Of a stretch of 63,249 bases of DNA, positions 42,151-51,203 are shown in pieces. The stretch's first letter is position 1, and each line of letters starts with the position of its first letter. The notes below the pieces were generated by a model that saw nothing but the letters and a program-made list of their open reading frames with translations, was not told the DNA's origin and made no database searches. Origin of the DNA: an uncultured Bacilli bacterium (GTDB taxonomy: Bacteria; Bacillota_I; Bacilli_A; RF39; UBA660); the NCBI GenBank assembly GCA_905235065.1, contig CAJOJR010000003.1:1-63249 (forward strand), given 5' to 3'. The translations under genes were made by a program, and so were the position numbers.

Positions 42151-42232
42151 CTCCTTTTCAATAAAATTGTTCTTATTTTATCATAATGAAAAGTCGAAAT
42201 TTGTAGAATTATGTAGAAAAATTGAAATATTT

Positions 42233-43351
42233 TTAATAAGTCATTATAGGTAAAATTAATTGAATTAATGTACCAGAATCTTTTTCTTTTATAATTATAG
42301 GTTTAATTTGACCATTAAAATATAGTTTTATTGTTTCTGACTCAAATGTTTTTAATGCCTCTAATAAATATTTAGCAGAACATGAAATTTTTAATTCAGC
42401 ACCTTTTTTATTTATAATATCTATTTTTTCTTCTACCTTTCCTGCTTCTTGACTTGATGAATTAACAATTAGTTTGTCTTTTGCTATAGATATTTGAATA
42501 GTATTCTTATCTTTGGATTGAGCAAGTAATGATGCCCTATCTATCATGTTATAAAAATCATTTCTATTTACTTCAACTTCTAATTCAAAGTTTTTAGGAA
42601 CAAAATTATCAGTATTTGGATAACTTCCACTAAGTAAACTTGATTGAAATAATATATTTTTATATTTAAACAAAATCTTATTATTAAATATGTGCATCTC
42701 CACATTTTCTTCTGTTTCTATTATCTTTAATAATTCATTAATATTTCTAGCAGGTATAACAATATTAACACTCTCTTCTACTGGATTATTTATTTCAATT
42801 ATTTTCTTAGCTAGTCTATATGAATCAGTTGCGACACACTCTAAAATATTACCAACTATCTTCATATTTATTCCTGTCAAAAGTGGTCTACTTTCTTGTA
42901 AGGAAGTTGCAAATGAAGTTTGATTTAATATTTCTTTTAAAGTACTACTTACTAATACTACTGGATTATTTGTTTCTTTTAAATCAATTTTAGGAAACTC
43001 ATTTACTGGAAAACAATTTAAATTATATTTAGAATTATTTGTTGATATAACTGTTTTATTTCCATCTATTTCTTCTATTGTTATTACTTCATTAGGTAAT
43101 TTTCTTATTATATCCAATAAATATCTTCCATATATAATATTTTTACCTTCTTCTGATATTTCTTTTATATCTTTTTTATCTATAAATGTTTTAATTGTAA
43201 TATCATTGTTAGTAGCAGTTAAATATAATCCTTTACTTTGTAAATCAAATTCTATTCCATTAAGTACTGGAATAATATTTCTTGTAGACATAGCTTTTGA
43301 TACAGCATTTAAATTTTCTAATAATATATCTCTTTCAATTTTTAATTTCAT
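42233..43351 (-). CDS. dnaN: DNA polymerase III subunit beta (sliding clamp)
   Basis: 372 aa. Starts MKLKIERDILLENLNAVSKAMSTRNIIPVLNGIEF... and ends ...LILPIMTY. Lies immediately downstream of dnaA. Confidence 0.95.
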   Translation of the reverse strand: MKLKIERDILLENLNAVSKAMSTRNIIPVLNGIEFDLQSKGLYLTATNNDITIKTFIDKKDIKEISEEGKNIIYGRYLLDIIRKLPNEVITIEEIDGNKTVISTNNSKYNLNCFPVNEFPKIDLKETNNPVVLVSSTLKEILNQTSFATSLQESRPLLTGINMKIVGNILECVATDSYRLAKKIIEINNPVEESVNIVIPARNINELLKIIETEENVEMHIFNNKILFKYKNILFQSSLLSGSYPNTDNFVPKNFELEVEVNRNDFYNMIDRASLLAQSKDKNTIQISIAKDKLIVNSSSQEAGKVEEKIDIINKKGAELKISCSAKYLLEALKTFESETIKLYFNGQIKPIIIKEKDSGTLIQLILPIMTY

Positions 43352-43468
43352 ATTTTTACCTCTTTCTTTTTTTATTTATTATTAATAATACTGTTAATAA
43401 TGTTAATAACTTCATTTTTTTATTTATTTATCGAATTTTTTTATGTTATTTAAAAGTTAATAATTAAT
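43352..43468. other. oriC, dnaA-dnaN spacer part (DnaA boxes plus AT-rich candidate unwinding region)
   Basis: TGTTAATAA (complement of TTATTAACA) occurs at 43392-43400 and 43401-43409 in tandem. AGTTAATAA occurs at 43455-43463. An AT-rich tract spans 43411-43450. Confidence 0.65.
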
Positions 43469-44839
43469 TTATTGTTCACTTATTTTTGATTTTATTTCAA
43501 TTATTTTATTAACCAATTCTTTATCTTTTTCCATATCTAATTTTATTTTTTCGAAAGAATGAATAGCAGTTGCATGATCTCTATTACCGAATTCAGCTCC
43601 AATTCTTACATAACTTTCATCTGTCATCATTCTACATAAGTAGAAAGCAATATGTCTTGCATTTGTAATTGCAGCATTTCTTTTTTTTCCTTTTAAATCA
43701 TCAACAGATAAGTTAAAGTATTTTGCTACACATTGTTGGATTTTACCTATTGAATTAGGAGTGAATAATCCTGAATTAGTATATTCTTTTAATGCTTCAA
43801 TTGCATCTTCTAGAGTTAATTTAGGAATATTCATTATAGCCTGATAAGCTATTAATCTTGTTATAAAACCTTCTATATTTCTAACATCACTTCCACAATT
43901 AGAAGCTACATAGTTTATAATTTCATCACTTAAATCTATTACTAAATCACTAGTTTTAATTTTTTGTTTTATTATATTAACTTTTAAATCATAATCTGGA
44001 GGACTTATGTTAACTTTTAATCCCCAGTTAAATCTTGTTTTTAACCTGTCTTCTAAAAGTTTTAAATCATCAACAGATCTATCAGAACATATTATTATTT
44101 GTTTTTCATTATCATATAAAGAATTAAATGTATTAGTAAATTCTTGTTGAGATTTAACAGCTCCTCCTAGAAATTGAATGTCATCAATCATTAAAACATC
44201 GACATCTCTATATTTTTTTCTAAATAACTCTATATATCCTATGTTATCTTCTGAACCTTCTTTTTTATACATTAAAATTAAGTCATTAACAAATTGTTCA
44301 GTAGTTATATATAATACTTTTTTATTTGAATTTTGCTGTATGTAATTTCCGATTGCATGCATTAGATGAGTTTTTCCTAAACCGCTATTACCATATAAGA
44401 ATAATGGGTTATAAAGTTTACCAGGTTTTTGAGCTACTGATAAAGAAGCGGAATAAGCAAGTTTATTTGAATTACCAACTATATAAGTATCAAAAGTATA
44501 TTTTGGATTAAAATTACTATAGTTTCTATATTCTTCTTTTATATTATTATCTAATATTTCTATAATTTCTTCTTTTTTTGTATTTTGAATTCTTTTATCA
44601 TCGTTATTAATAATATCTATAAAATTTAAACTATTATCTAAATCAATGATTAAATCTTCTATAACATCTTTATAATTATTAATTAAATGTTTTTTACAAG
44701 ATTCATGAGGAGTAATTAAATAGATGTCATTATTATTAAAATAGAAATCTATATCTTTAAACCAAGTATTAAATGAAGTTTCTGTAACTTTAACTTTAAT
44801 ACTATTTAAAAAGTTATTTTTAAAGTTATTAACATCCAT
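43469..44839 (-). CDS. dnaA: chromosomal replication initiator protein DnaA
   Basis: 456 aa with Walker A GNSGLGKTHLMHA, Walker B LMIDDIQFL, and a domain IV helix reading FGNRDHATAIHSFEKI. Confidence 0.97.
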   Translation of the reverse strand: MDVNNFKNNFLNSIKVKVTETSFNTWFKDIDFYFNNNDIYLITPHESCKKHLINNYKDVIEDLIIDLDNSLNFIDIINNDDKRIQNTKKEEIIEILDNNIKEEYRNYSNFNPKYTFDTYIVGNSNKLAYSASLSVAQKPGKLYNPLFLYGNSGLGKTHLMHAIGNYIQQNSNKKVLYITTEQFVNDLILMYKKEGSEDNIGYIELFRKKYRDVDVLMIDDIQFLGGAVKSQQEFTNTFNSLYDNEKQIIICSDRSVDDLKLLEDRLKTRFNWGLKVNISPPDYDLKVNIIKQKIKTSDLVIDLSDEIINYVASNCGSDVRNIEGFITRLIAYQAIMNIPKLTLEDAIEALKEYTNSGLFTPNSIGKIQQCVAKYFNLSVDDLKGKKRNAAITNARHIAFYLCRMMTDESYVRIGAEFGNRDHATAIHSFEKIKLDMEKDKELVNKIIEIKSKISEQ

Positions 44840-45045
44840 AAAACCCTCCTATTAGTTGTTAACTTTATTTTAATTCAAACTTAAATAAAATAAAAGACTA
44901 AAAAATTATTAACAATAGATATTAACAAGTTATCAACACTAAAAACCCTTTGTTATTCTAATAAATCAATAGTTATTAACAATGTTAACAAAATTTAAAT
45001 TAACAAGTTAATAAAATTATTAACATTAATTGTTAACAATTAAAA
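44840..45045. other. oriC, dnaA-upstream part (cluster of variant DnaA boxes)
   Basis: TTATTAACA occurs at 44906-44914, 44973-44981 and 45017-45025, plus 44826-44834 inside the first dnaA codons. TTATCAACA occurs at 44930-44938. Related 9-mers are ATATTAACA 44919-44927, ATGTTAACA 44982-44990, AAATTAACA 44997-45005 and TTGTTAACA 45030-45038. Confidence 0.75.
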
Positions 45046-45074
45046 TTGACAATTTTTATTTTATTGTTTATAAT
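45046..45074 (+). promoter_or_regulatory. consensus sigma-A promoter of rpmH
   Basis: TTGACA (45046-45051), a 17-nt spacer and TATAAT (45069-45074). Confidence 0.8.
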
Positions 45075-45119
45075 CTAGTGTGTCAAGCAGAAATTTATGA
45101 ATATGAAGGAGGTAAAATC

Positions 45120-45242
45120 ATGAAAAGAACTTATCAACCTAATAATAGAAAAAAAAGTAAAACACATGGATTTTTTTCTAGAAAAGATAGTAATGTATTA
45201 AGTAAAAGAAGAAGAAAAGGAAGAAAAACATTAGCAAAATAA
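45120..45242 (+). CDS. rpmH: 50S ribosomal protein L34
   Basis: [40 protein letters not shown]. The start is set to the ATG at 45120, which has a GAAGGAGG RBS. The 30-codon upstream extension in the ORF track is spurious. Confidence 0.95.
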   Translation: MKRTYQPNNRKKSKTHGFFSRKDSNVLSKRRRKGRKTLAK

Positions 45243-45244
45243 AT

Positions 45245-45272
45245 AACTACTTTTAATTAAGTAGTTTTTTTT
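45245..45272 (+). terminator. hairpin terminator/attenuator between rpmH and rnpA
   Basis: AACTACTT-ttaatt-AAGTAGTT followed by a T-run. Confidence 0.65.
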
Positions 45273-45287
45273 GTATAATTTATTTAG

Positions 45288-45593
45288 GTGTTTTGCATAT
45301 TAAAAAAAAATGCAGATATAGTATTAGTTATAAAAACAGGCATAAAAAAAGTTTATAAACATTTTATAATATATAGAAAGAAAAATAAGTTAACTAATAG
45401 TAGATTTTGTATAAGTGTTAGTAAGAAATTAGGTAATGCAGTTATTAGAAATAAGTTAAAAAGACAAGTTAAAGACATCATAATGAAAAATATGGTTACT
45501 AATACAGAAGATTATGTTATAATACTATCAAGTTCATTTAAAGAACTACCATTTTTAGAGAAAAAAAATGAAATATTGAAAGGAATAGAGTAG
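45288..45593 (+). CDS. rnpA: ribonuclease P protein component
   Basis: 101 aa with SRFCISVSKKLGNAVIRNKLKRQVKDI (the RNR motif region). Uses a GTG start with no obvious SD. A TATAAT lies at 45274-45279. Confidence 0.85.
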   Translation: MFCILKKNADIVLVIKTGIKKVYKHFIIYRKKNKLTNSRFCISVSKKLGNAVIRNKLKRQVKDIIMKNMVTNTEDYVIILSSSFKELPFLEKKNEILKGIE

Positions 45594-46511
45594 ATGAAAA
45601 AGAAAATATTAGTTTTATCATTAATTATATTATTATGTTTTACTGGTTGTACTAAAAGATTTACAGTAGAAGGAGAAAATAAAACTGTAAAAAGTTATGT
45701 ATCTAATATATTATGTCAACCAACAACAAAAGAAATGAAACAAATATATAATGATAATGTTGAAAAATTAAAGGTTAATATTGATAAGTTACCTGAATGT
45801 AAAAATTTTAAAGTTAACTCTGGTGGATATGAAGGATTGTGGACTTCTATATTTGTTAAACCATTAGCTTGGGCAATAATTCAAATTGGAAAGTTTGTTA
45901 AAAATTATGGTTTAGCAATAATGATTGCATCATTAATATTAAGAGCAATATTATTTCCATTTTCTAAGAAATCAACAATGATGAGTGTAAATATGAAAAA
46001 AGCAAAGCCTGATTTGGATAAGTTAGAAAAGAAGTATGCTAATAAACAAGATAAAGATTCAATGATGATGAAAAGTCAAGAAATGATGCGTATTTATAAA
46101 AAATATAATATTAGTCCAATGTCTGGTTGTTTATTTGCATTTTTACAATTACCTATATTCTTTGCTTTTTTAGAAGCAATATATAGAGTACCAGTATTAT
46201 TTGAAGGAAAATTTTTAGTATTTAATTTAGGAACAACACCTTGGGAAGGAATTAAATCAGGAAATTATTTCTATATTATATTAATATTACTAATAGTAGG
46301 AACAACATTCTTCTCAATGAAAAATATGAATTCAGCTGGAATGAATGATGATCAAGCAAAGCAAATGAAAACAATGAATTATTTTATGGTAGCTTTTATA
46401 GCATTTGCGTCATTTAGTCTTCCAATAGCAATAGCTTTATATTGGATAGTATCATCAGGATTTACAGTAATTCAAAATATAATTTTAAATAAAACAATAA
46501 AAAATAAGTAG
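45594..46511 (+). CDS. yidC: membrane protein insertase YidC/SpoIIIJ (lipoprotein)
   Basis: 305 aa with the lipobox LLCFTGC and the 60-kDa IMP core ...GLAIMIASLILRAILFPF...MMRIYKKYNISPMSGCL... Confidence 0.92.
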   Translation: MKKKILVLSLIILLCFTGCTKRFTVEGENKTVKSYVSNILCQPTTKEMKQIYNDNVEKLKVNIDKLPECKNFKVNSGGYEGLWTSIFVKPLAWAIIQIGKFVKNYGLAIMIASLILRAILFPFSKKSTMMSVNMKKAKPDLDKLEKKYANKQDKDSMMMKSQEMMRIYKKYNISPMSGCLFAFLQLPIFFAFLEAIYRVPVLFEGKFLVFNLGTTPWEGIKSGNYFYIILILLIVGTTFFSMKNMNSAGMNDDQAKQMKTMNYFMVAFIAFASFSLPIAIALYWIVSSGFTVIQNIILNKTIKNK

Positions 46512-46521
46512 TAGGTGAATT

Positions 46522-47136
46522 ATGGAGAAGTATAAGTTTGAATCAAAATCAAAAGAAAATTTATTAAATTTAGCATGTGATGAATTAAAAGTTACAGAAA
46601 ACGATATCTTATATAATATAACTGAAGAAAAGAAAGGTTTATTTGGAGGTAAAAAATATTATATAGAAATAATTAAAATCAAAGATGTAGCTGATTATGG
46701 TAAATCTTTAATATTAGATTTCTTAAAAGGATTTAATTTAAAAGGTAATGTTGAAATTAAAATAAGAGAAAAAAGTATTACTTATAAACTATTTACTGAT
46801 AATAATGGTATATTGATTGGTAAAAAAGGGCATATACTTGAATCTTTACAAACTTTTGTAAGACAAGCTTTATTTAATAGTACTGATATATTTGTTAATA
46901 TTATTATAGATATTGAAAATTATAAAGAAAAACAAATATATTTTTTAGAAAAGAAAGTTAAAAAATTAGCTAGAGAAGTAACTCTTACTAAATCTGATAT
47001 TAAATTAGATCCAATGAATTCATATGATAGAAGAATAGTGCATAATGCACTTAGCGGTTTTGATTATATAGAAACTATAAGTGAGGGTGAAGAACCTAAT
47101 AGATGTGTAGTAATAAAATATAAAGGTAAAAAATAG
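46522..47136 (+). CDS. jag: Jag/KhpB RNA-binding protein (KH plus R3H domains)
   Basis: 204 aa with GILIGKKGHILESLQ (KH) and LDPMNSYDRRIVHNAL (R3H). Lies downstream of yidC. Confidence 0.9.
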   Translation: MEKYKFESKSKENLLNLACDELKVTENDILYNITEEKKGLFGGKKYYIEIIKIKDVADYGKSLILDFLKGFNLKGNVEIKIREKSITYKLFTDNNGILIGKKGHILESLQTFVRQALFNSTDIFVNIIIDIENYKEKQIYFLEKKVKKLAREVTLTKSDIKLDPMNSYDRRIVHNALSGFDYIETISEGEEPNRCVVIKYKGKK

Positions 47137-47160
47137 ACACCATTTATGGTGTTTTTCTTT
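47136..47160 (+). terminator. rho-independent terminator after jag
   Basis: ACACCA-ttta-TGGTGT followed by a T-run. Confidence 0.6.
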
Positions 47161-47208
47161 ACTTGAATCAAAAAAAATGATATAATCTATGCCGATTGAG
47201 AGGTATTT

Positions 47209-48558
47209 ATGGAAGACACTATCGCAGCAATTTCAACTATAGTTGGCGAATCAGCTTTAAATGTTATTAAAGTAAGTGGAAAAGATTCTATAGAAATAGT
47301 TAATAAGATATTTAGTGGAAAAGATTTAAGTAATGTTAAAAGTCATACGATTCACTATGGTTTTATTATGGATGGAAATGAAAAAATAGATGAAGTTTTA
47401 GTGTCTATTTTTAAAACTCCTAAAACGTATACTAGAGAAGATGTGGTTGAAATAAACTGTCATGGTGGAATATCCATTACTAATAAAATACTCGAAATAT
47501 TACTTTTAAATGGATGTAGAATGGCTGAACCTGGAGAGTTTATTAAAAGGGCATACTTAAACGGAAGAATAAATTTAGTTGAAGCAGAAGCAGTTAGTGA
47601 TTTAATATCTGCTAAAACAGAAACTGCAAGAAGAATAGGAATTAAAGGTTTAACTGGTGAATCTTCTAAGTTAATAAAGGATTTAAGAGAAGATTTACTT
47701 AGTTTAATAGCTAATATTGAAGTAAATATAGATTATCCTGAATATGAGGATGCAGTTGTAGTGACTAAAGATTTAATAAAAGAAAAAATAAGTGGCATGA
47801 TTTATAAATTAAAAGAAATTATTAGTAAAAGTGAAAATCAATTATTGATAAAAAATGGTATAAAAGTATCAATTGTTGGTAAACCAAATGTAGGTAAAAG
47901 TAGTTTACTTAATAAGTTTTTAAATGAAGAAAAAGCAATTGTAACTGATATAGAAGGAACAACAAGGGATATAGTTGAAGGAAGTATAATTTTAAATGGA
48001 GTAGAGATAAAACTAATAGATACAGCAGGAATCAGAGAAACAGATAATATAGTCGAAAAAATAGGTGTTGAAAAGAGTTATAAAGCAATTGATGAATCTG
48101 ATTTAACTTTATTCGTACTAGATAATTCCAGAAAATTAAGCAAAGAAGATGAAGAAATATTTAATAATATAAAGAATAAAAAAGTATTAATAATTGTTAA
48201 TAAATCAGATGAAAAGCAAGAGTTAGATTTGAGTAAATTTAAGAAGTTTGAAATTATTAATACTTCAACTAAAACGAAAGATGGTATAGATAGTTTAAAA
48301 AATAAAATAATAGAGATGTTTAATTTAGGTAATTTAGAGTTAAATGACTATACATATTTATCTAATAGTAGACAAATATCAATATTAAAAGAATCTTTGA
48401 ATATTGCTAATAATATATTAAAAAAATCTGAAGAAGAAGTAGATTTATTAGAAATAGATATAAAAATATTATGGGAAAAATTAGGAGAAATACTTGGTGA
48501 AACGTATAAAGATGATTTACTTGATGAAATTTTCTCAAAATTTTGTTTGGGAAAATAG
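47209..48558 (+). CDS. mnmE: tRNA modification GTPase MnmE
   Basis: 449 aa with the G-domain motif GKPNVGKSSLLN, then DTAGIRE and NKSD, and the C-terminal FCLGK. Confidence 0.96.
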   Translation: MEDTIAAISTIVGESALNVIKVSGKDSIEIVNKIFSGKDLSNVKSHTIHYGFIMDGNEKIDEVLVSIFKTPKTYTREDVVEINCHGGISITNKILEILLLNGCRMAEPGEFIKRAYLNGRINLVEAEAVSDLISAKTETARRIGIKGLTGESSKLIKDLREDLLSLIANIEVNIDYPEYEDAVVVTKDLIKEKISGMIYKLKEIISKSENQLLIKNGIKVSIVGKPNVGKSSLLNKFLNEEKAIVTDIEGTTRDIVEGSIILNGVEIKLIDTAGIRETDNIVEKIGVEKSYKAIDESDLTLFVLDNSRKLSKEDEEIFNNIKNKKVLIIVNKSDEKQELDLSKFKKFEIINTSTKTKDGIDSLKNKIIEMFNLGNLELNDYTYLSNSRQISILKESLNIANNILKKSEEEVDLLEIDIKILWEKLGEILGETYKDDLLDEIFSKFCLGK

Positions 48559-48566
48559 GTGATATT

Positions 48567-50429
48567 ATGAATTATGATGTAATAGTAGTAGGTGGAGGAC
48601 ATGCCGGTTGTGAAGCTGCTCATGCATGTGCAACACTAGGTAATAAAACGCTTTTAATAACAGGAAATATCAATAATATAGGTGATATGCCTTGTAATCC
48701 ATCAATAGGTGGTTCTGCTAAAGGAATAGTAGTAAGAGAAATAGATGCACTTGGTGGGGTGATGGGTGAGGTAGCTGATAAAACTCATATTCAAATTAAA
48801 TTTTTAAATAGCAAAAAAGGACCAGGTGTTAGATCATTAAGATGTCAATCTAATAAGAAATTATATTCAGAAACCATGATTAATTTATTAAAAAGTACTA
48901 AAAATTTAACTTTAAAAGAATTTTTAGTAAAATCATTAATAATAGAAGATAACAAAGTATTAGGTATTGTAACTGAAGATAATGAGAATATTTATTCTAA
49001 AAAAGTGATACTTACAACTGGAACATATTTAAACTCAGATATAATGAGAGGACATTCAAAATATAAGGGCGGTCCTCATGGTGAAAAAACTTCTTTATAT
49101 TTAAGTAAAAATTTAAAAGAATTAGGTTTAAAAATTATTAGACTTAAAACTGGAACACCACCTAGAATAGATGGAAATACTATTAATTATTCACTTGTAA
49201 AAGAAGAAAAAGGAGATAATAAGTTAATAACATTTAGTAACTTTAATAAGCCAAGTTACAAAGTTAAAAATCAAATATCTTGTTATTTAACTTACACTAA
49301 TGAGAATACTCACAAAATAATATTAGATAATTTAGATAAATGTGCCTTATATAGTGGTATGATAGAAGGAATTGGTCCTAGATATTGTCCATCTATAGAA
49401 GACAAAATAGTTAAGTTTAGAGATAAAGATAGACATCAAATATTTTTAGAACCAAATGAATTAGAAACTAATGAAATATACGTAGGTGGTTTTTCAACAA
49501 CTATGCCAGATGAAATACAAGAAGAGTTAATTCATACTATGAAAGGCTTAGAAAATGCTAAAATAACTAAATATGGTTACGCAATTGAGTATGATGCAAT
49601 TGATCCAACTGAACTTAATATGTCTCTAGAATCTAAAAAAATAAGTGGTCTATATACTGCTGGTCAAATAAATGGAACATCTGGTTATGAAGAAGCAGCC
49701 GCTCAAGGATTAATTGCTGGTATTAATGCAAGTTTATCATTAAAAGAAAAAAAACCTTTAATATTAAAAAGAAATGAAGCATACATTGGAGTTTTAATAG
49801 ATGATTTAATTAATAAAGGTATAACTGAACCCTATAGATTGTTAACATCTCGTGCTGAATTTAGATTATTATTAAGACATGATAATGCTGATATTAGACT
49901 TACTGAAATAGGGAGAAAAGTAGGATTAATTGATAATAAAAAATATGATATTTTTAATAAAAAGCAAGAAGAAATTAATAAATTAATGAAATTTATTAAA
50001 GAAACTAATTTTAAATGTTCTAAAGAAAATAATGAATTTTTATTAAAAAACAAATCTGTTAAACTTGAAAATTCAATAAAAGTATCTGAGTTAATCAAAA
50101 GGCCTGAAATTAATTTAAATAGAGTATTAAAATATTTAAATGTTAAATTTAATAAAGAATCAATTGAACAAGTAGAAATAAATATAAAATATAAAGGATA
50201 TATTGATAAAACTAATAAAGAAGTAGAAAAAATGTTAAACTTAGAAGACAAAAAGATTCCTAGTGATATTGATTATGAAAAAGTAAGAAACATCGCAACA
50301 GAAGCTAAGCAAAAATTATCATTAGTTAGACCACTTACTATTGGTCAAGCATCTCGTGTTAGTGGAGTTAACCCTGCTGATATATCTATGTTATTAATAT
50401 ATTTAAAAAAGGAATATCCAAATGAATAA
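48567..50429 (+). CDS. mnmG: tRNA uridine 5-carboxymethylaminomethyl modification enzyme MnmG
   Basis: MNYDVIVVGGGHAGCEAA (FAD motif). The start is set to the ATG at 48567, which has an AGGTGA RBS. Confidence 0.96.
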   Translation: MNYDVIVVGGGHAGCEAAHACATLGNKTLLITGNINNIGDMPCNPSIGGSAKGIVVREIDALGGVMGEVADKTHIQIKFLNSKKGPGVRSLRCQSNKKLYSETMINLLKSTKNLTLKEFLVKSLIIEDNKVLGIVTEDNENIYSKKVILTTGTYLNSDIMRGHSKYKGGPHGEKTSLYLSKNLKELGLKIIRLKTGTPPRIDGNTINYSLVKEEKGDNKLITFSNFNKPSYKVKNQISCYLTYTNENTHKIILDNLDKCALYSGMIEGIGPRYCPSIEDKIVKFRDKDRHQIFLEPNELETNEIYVGGFSTTMPDEIQEELIHTMKGLENAKITKYGYAIEYDAIDPTELNMSLESKKISGLYTAGQINGTSGYEEAAAQGLIAGINASLSLKEKKPLILKRNEAYIGVLIDDLINKGITEPYRLLTSRAEFRLLLRHDNADIRLTEIGRKVGLIDNKKYDIFNKKQEEINKLMKFIKETNFKCSKENNEFLLKNKSVKLENSIKVSELIKRPEINLNRVLKYLNVKFNKESIEQVEINIKYKGYIDKTNKEVEKMLNLEDKKIPSDIDYEKVRNIATEAKQKLSLVRPLTIGQASRVSGVNPADISMLLIYLKKEYPNE

Positions 50430-51129
50430 AGATGAATTTATAAATTATATAAAAGAATTAAAAATAGATGTTAGTGATGAAATATTAGACAAATTAGACA
50501 ATTATTTTAAATTAATAGTTGAATGGAATAATAAATTTAATTTAACAACTATATTAGAAGAAAAAAGCGTATATTTAAAACATTTTTATGATTCTATTTG
50601 TATTGTAAAATCTAATTTAATAGATAATAATAATATAAAATTATGTGATTTTGGAACAGGGGCTGGTTTTCCTGGAGTAGTAATAAAAATATTTTATCCT
50701 AATATAAAAGTTACTTTAATTGAATCAAATAACAAAAAATGTACATTCTTAAATGAAGTAATTAAAGAGTTAGATTTAAAAAATATAGAAGTTATTAATA
50801 CAAGAATGGAATTATATTCTAAAAATAATAGAGAAACATTTGATATAGTTACTTGTAGGGCTGTATCTCATTTAAGAATAATAAGTGAACTTGCAATACC
50901 ATTATTAAAAGTTAACGGATATTTTTTACCATTAAAATCAAATATAGAAGAAGAAATAAAAGAAAGTAATAAAATATTAAATGATTTAAATTCTGAAATA
51001 GAAGATATAATTTCGTATGAACTTCCTATTGAAAATTCAAAAAGAAACATAATATTAATAAAGAAATTAAAAGAAACAAACTCTAAATATCCGAGAGAAT
51101 ATAATAAGATTATTAAAAATAGTGTTTAA
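50422..51129 (+). CDS. rsmG: 16S rRNA (guanine527-N7)-methyltransferase
   Basis: 235 aa with DFGTGAGFPGVV and VTCRAV. Overlaps mnmG by 8 nt. Confidence 0.92.
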   Translation: MNKDEFINYIKELKIDVSDEILDKLDNYFKLIVEWNNKFNLTTILEEKSVYLKHFYDSICIVKSNLIDNNNIKLCDFGTGAGFPGVVIKIFYPNIKVTLIESNNKKCTFLNEVIKELDLKNIEVINTRMELYSKNNRETFDIVTCRAVSHLRIISELAIPLLKVNGYFLPLKSNIEEEIKESNKILNDLNSEIEDIISYELPIENSKRNIILIKKLKETNSKYPREYNKIIKNSV

Positions 51130-51203
51130 TAATCTTTTTTGTTGAAATAAATAATAAATTGTTTTAAAATAATAATAGAAAAATAGAATAGTGGGTGTTT
51201 AGT

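Noticed and set aside
45030-45119. A 30-codon N-terminal extension of rpmH in the ORF track. The same issue applies to the extensions of soj (15374-15472), tatD (24409-24426), mnmG (48543-48566), rpoE (54254-54268), spoIIR (56563-56583), the SGNH-like gene (58976-58987) and the spoIIQ-like gene (61610-61615).
   Set aside because: In each case the conserved protein begins at an internal ATG that has a properly spaced Shine-Dalgarno sequence. The extensions overlap promoters, hairpins or DnaA boxes and have no homology.
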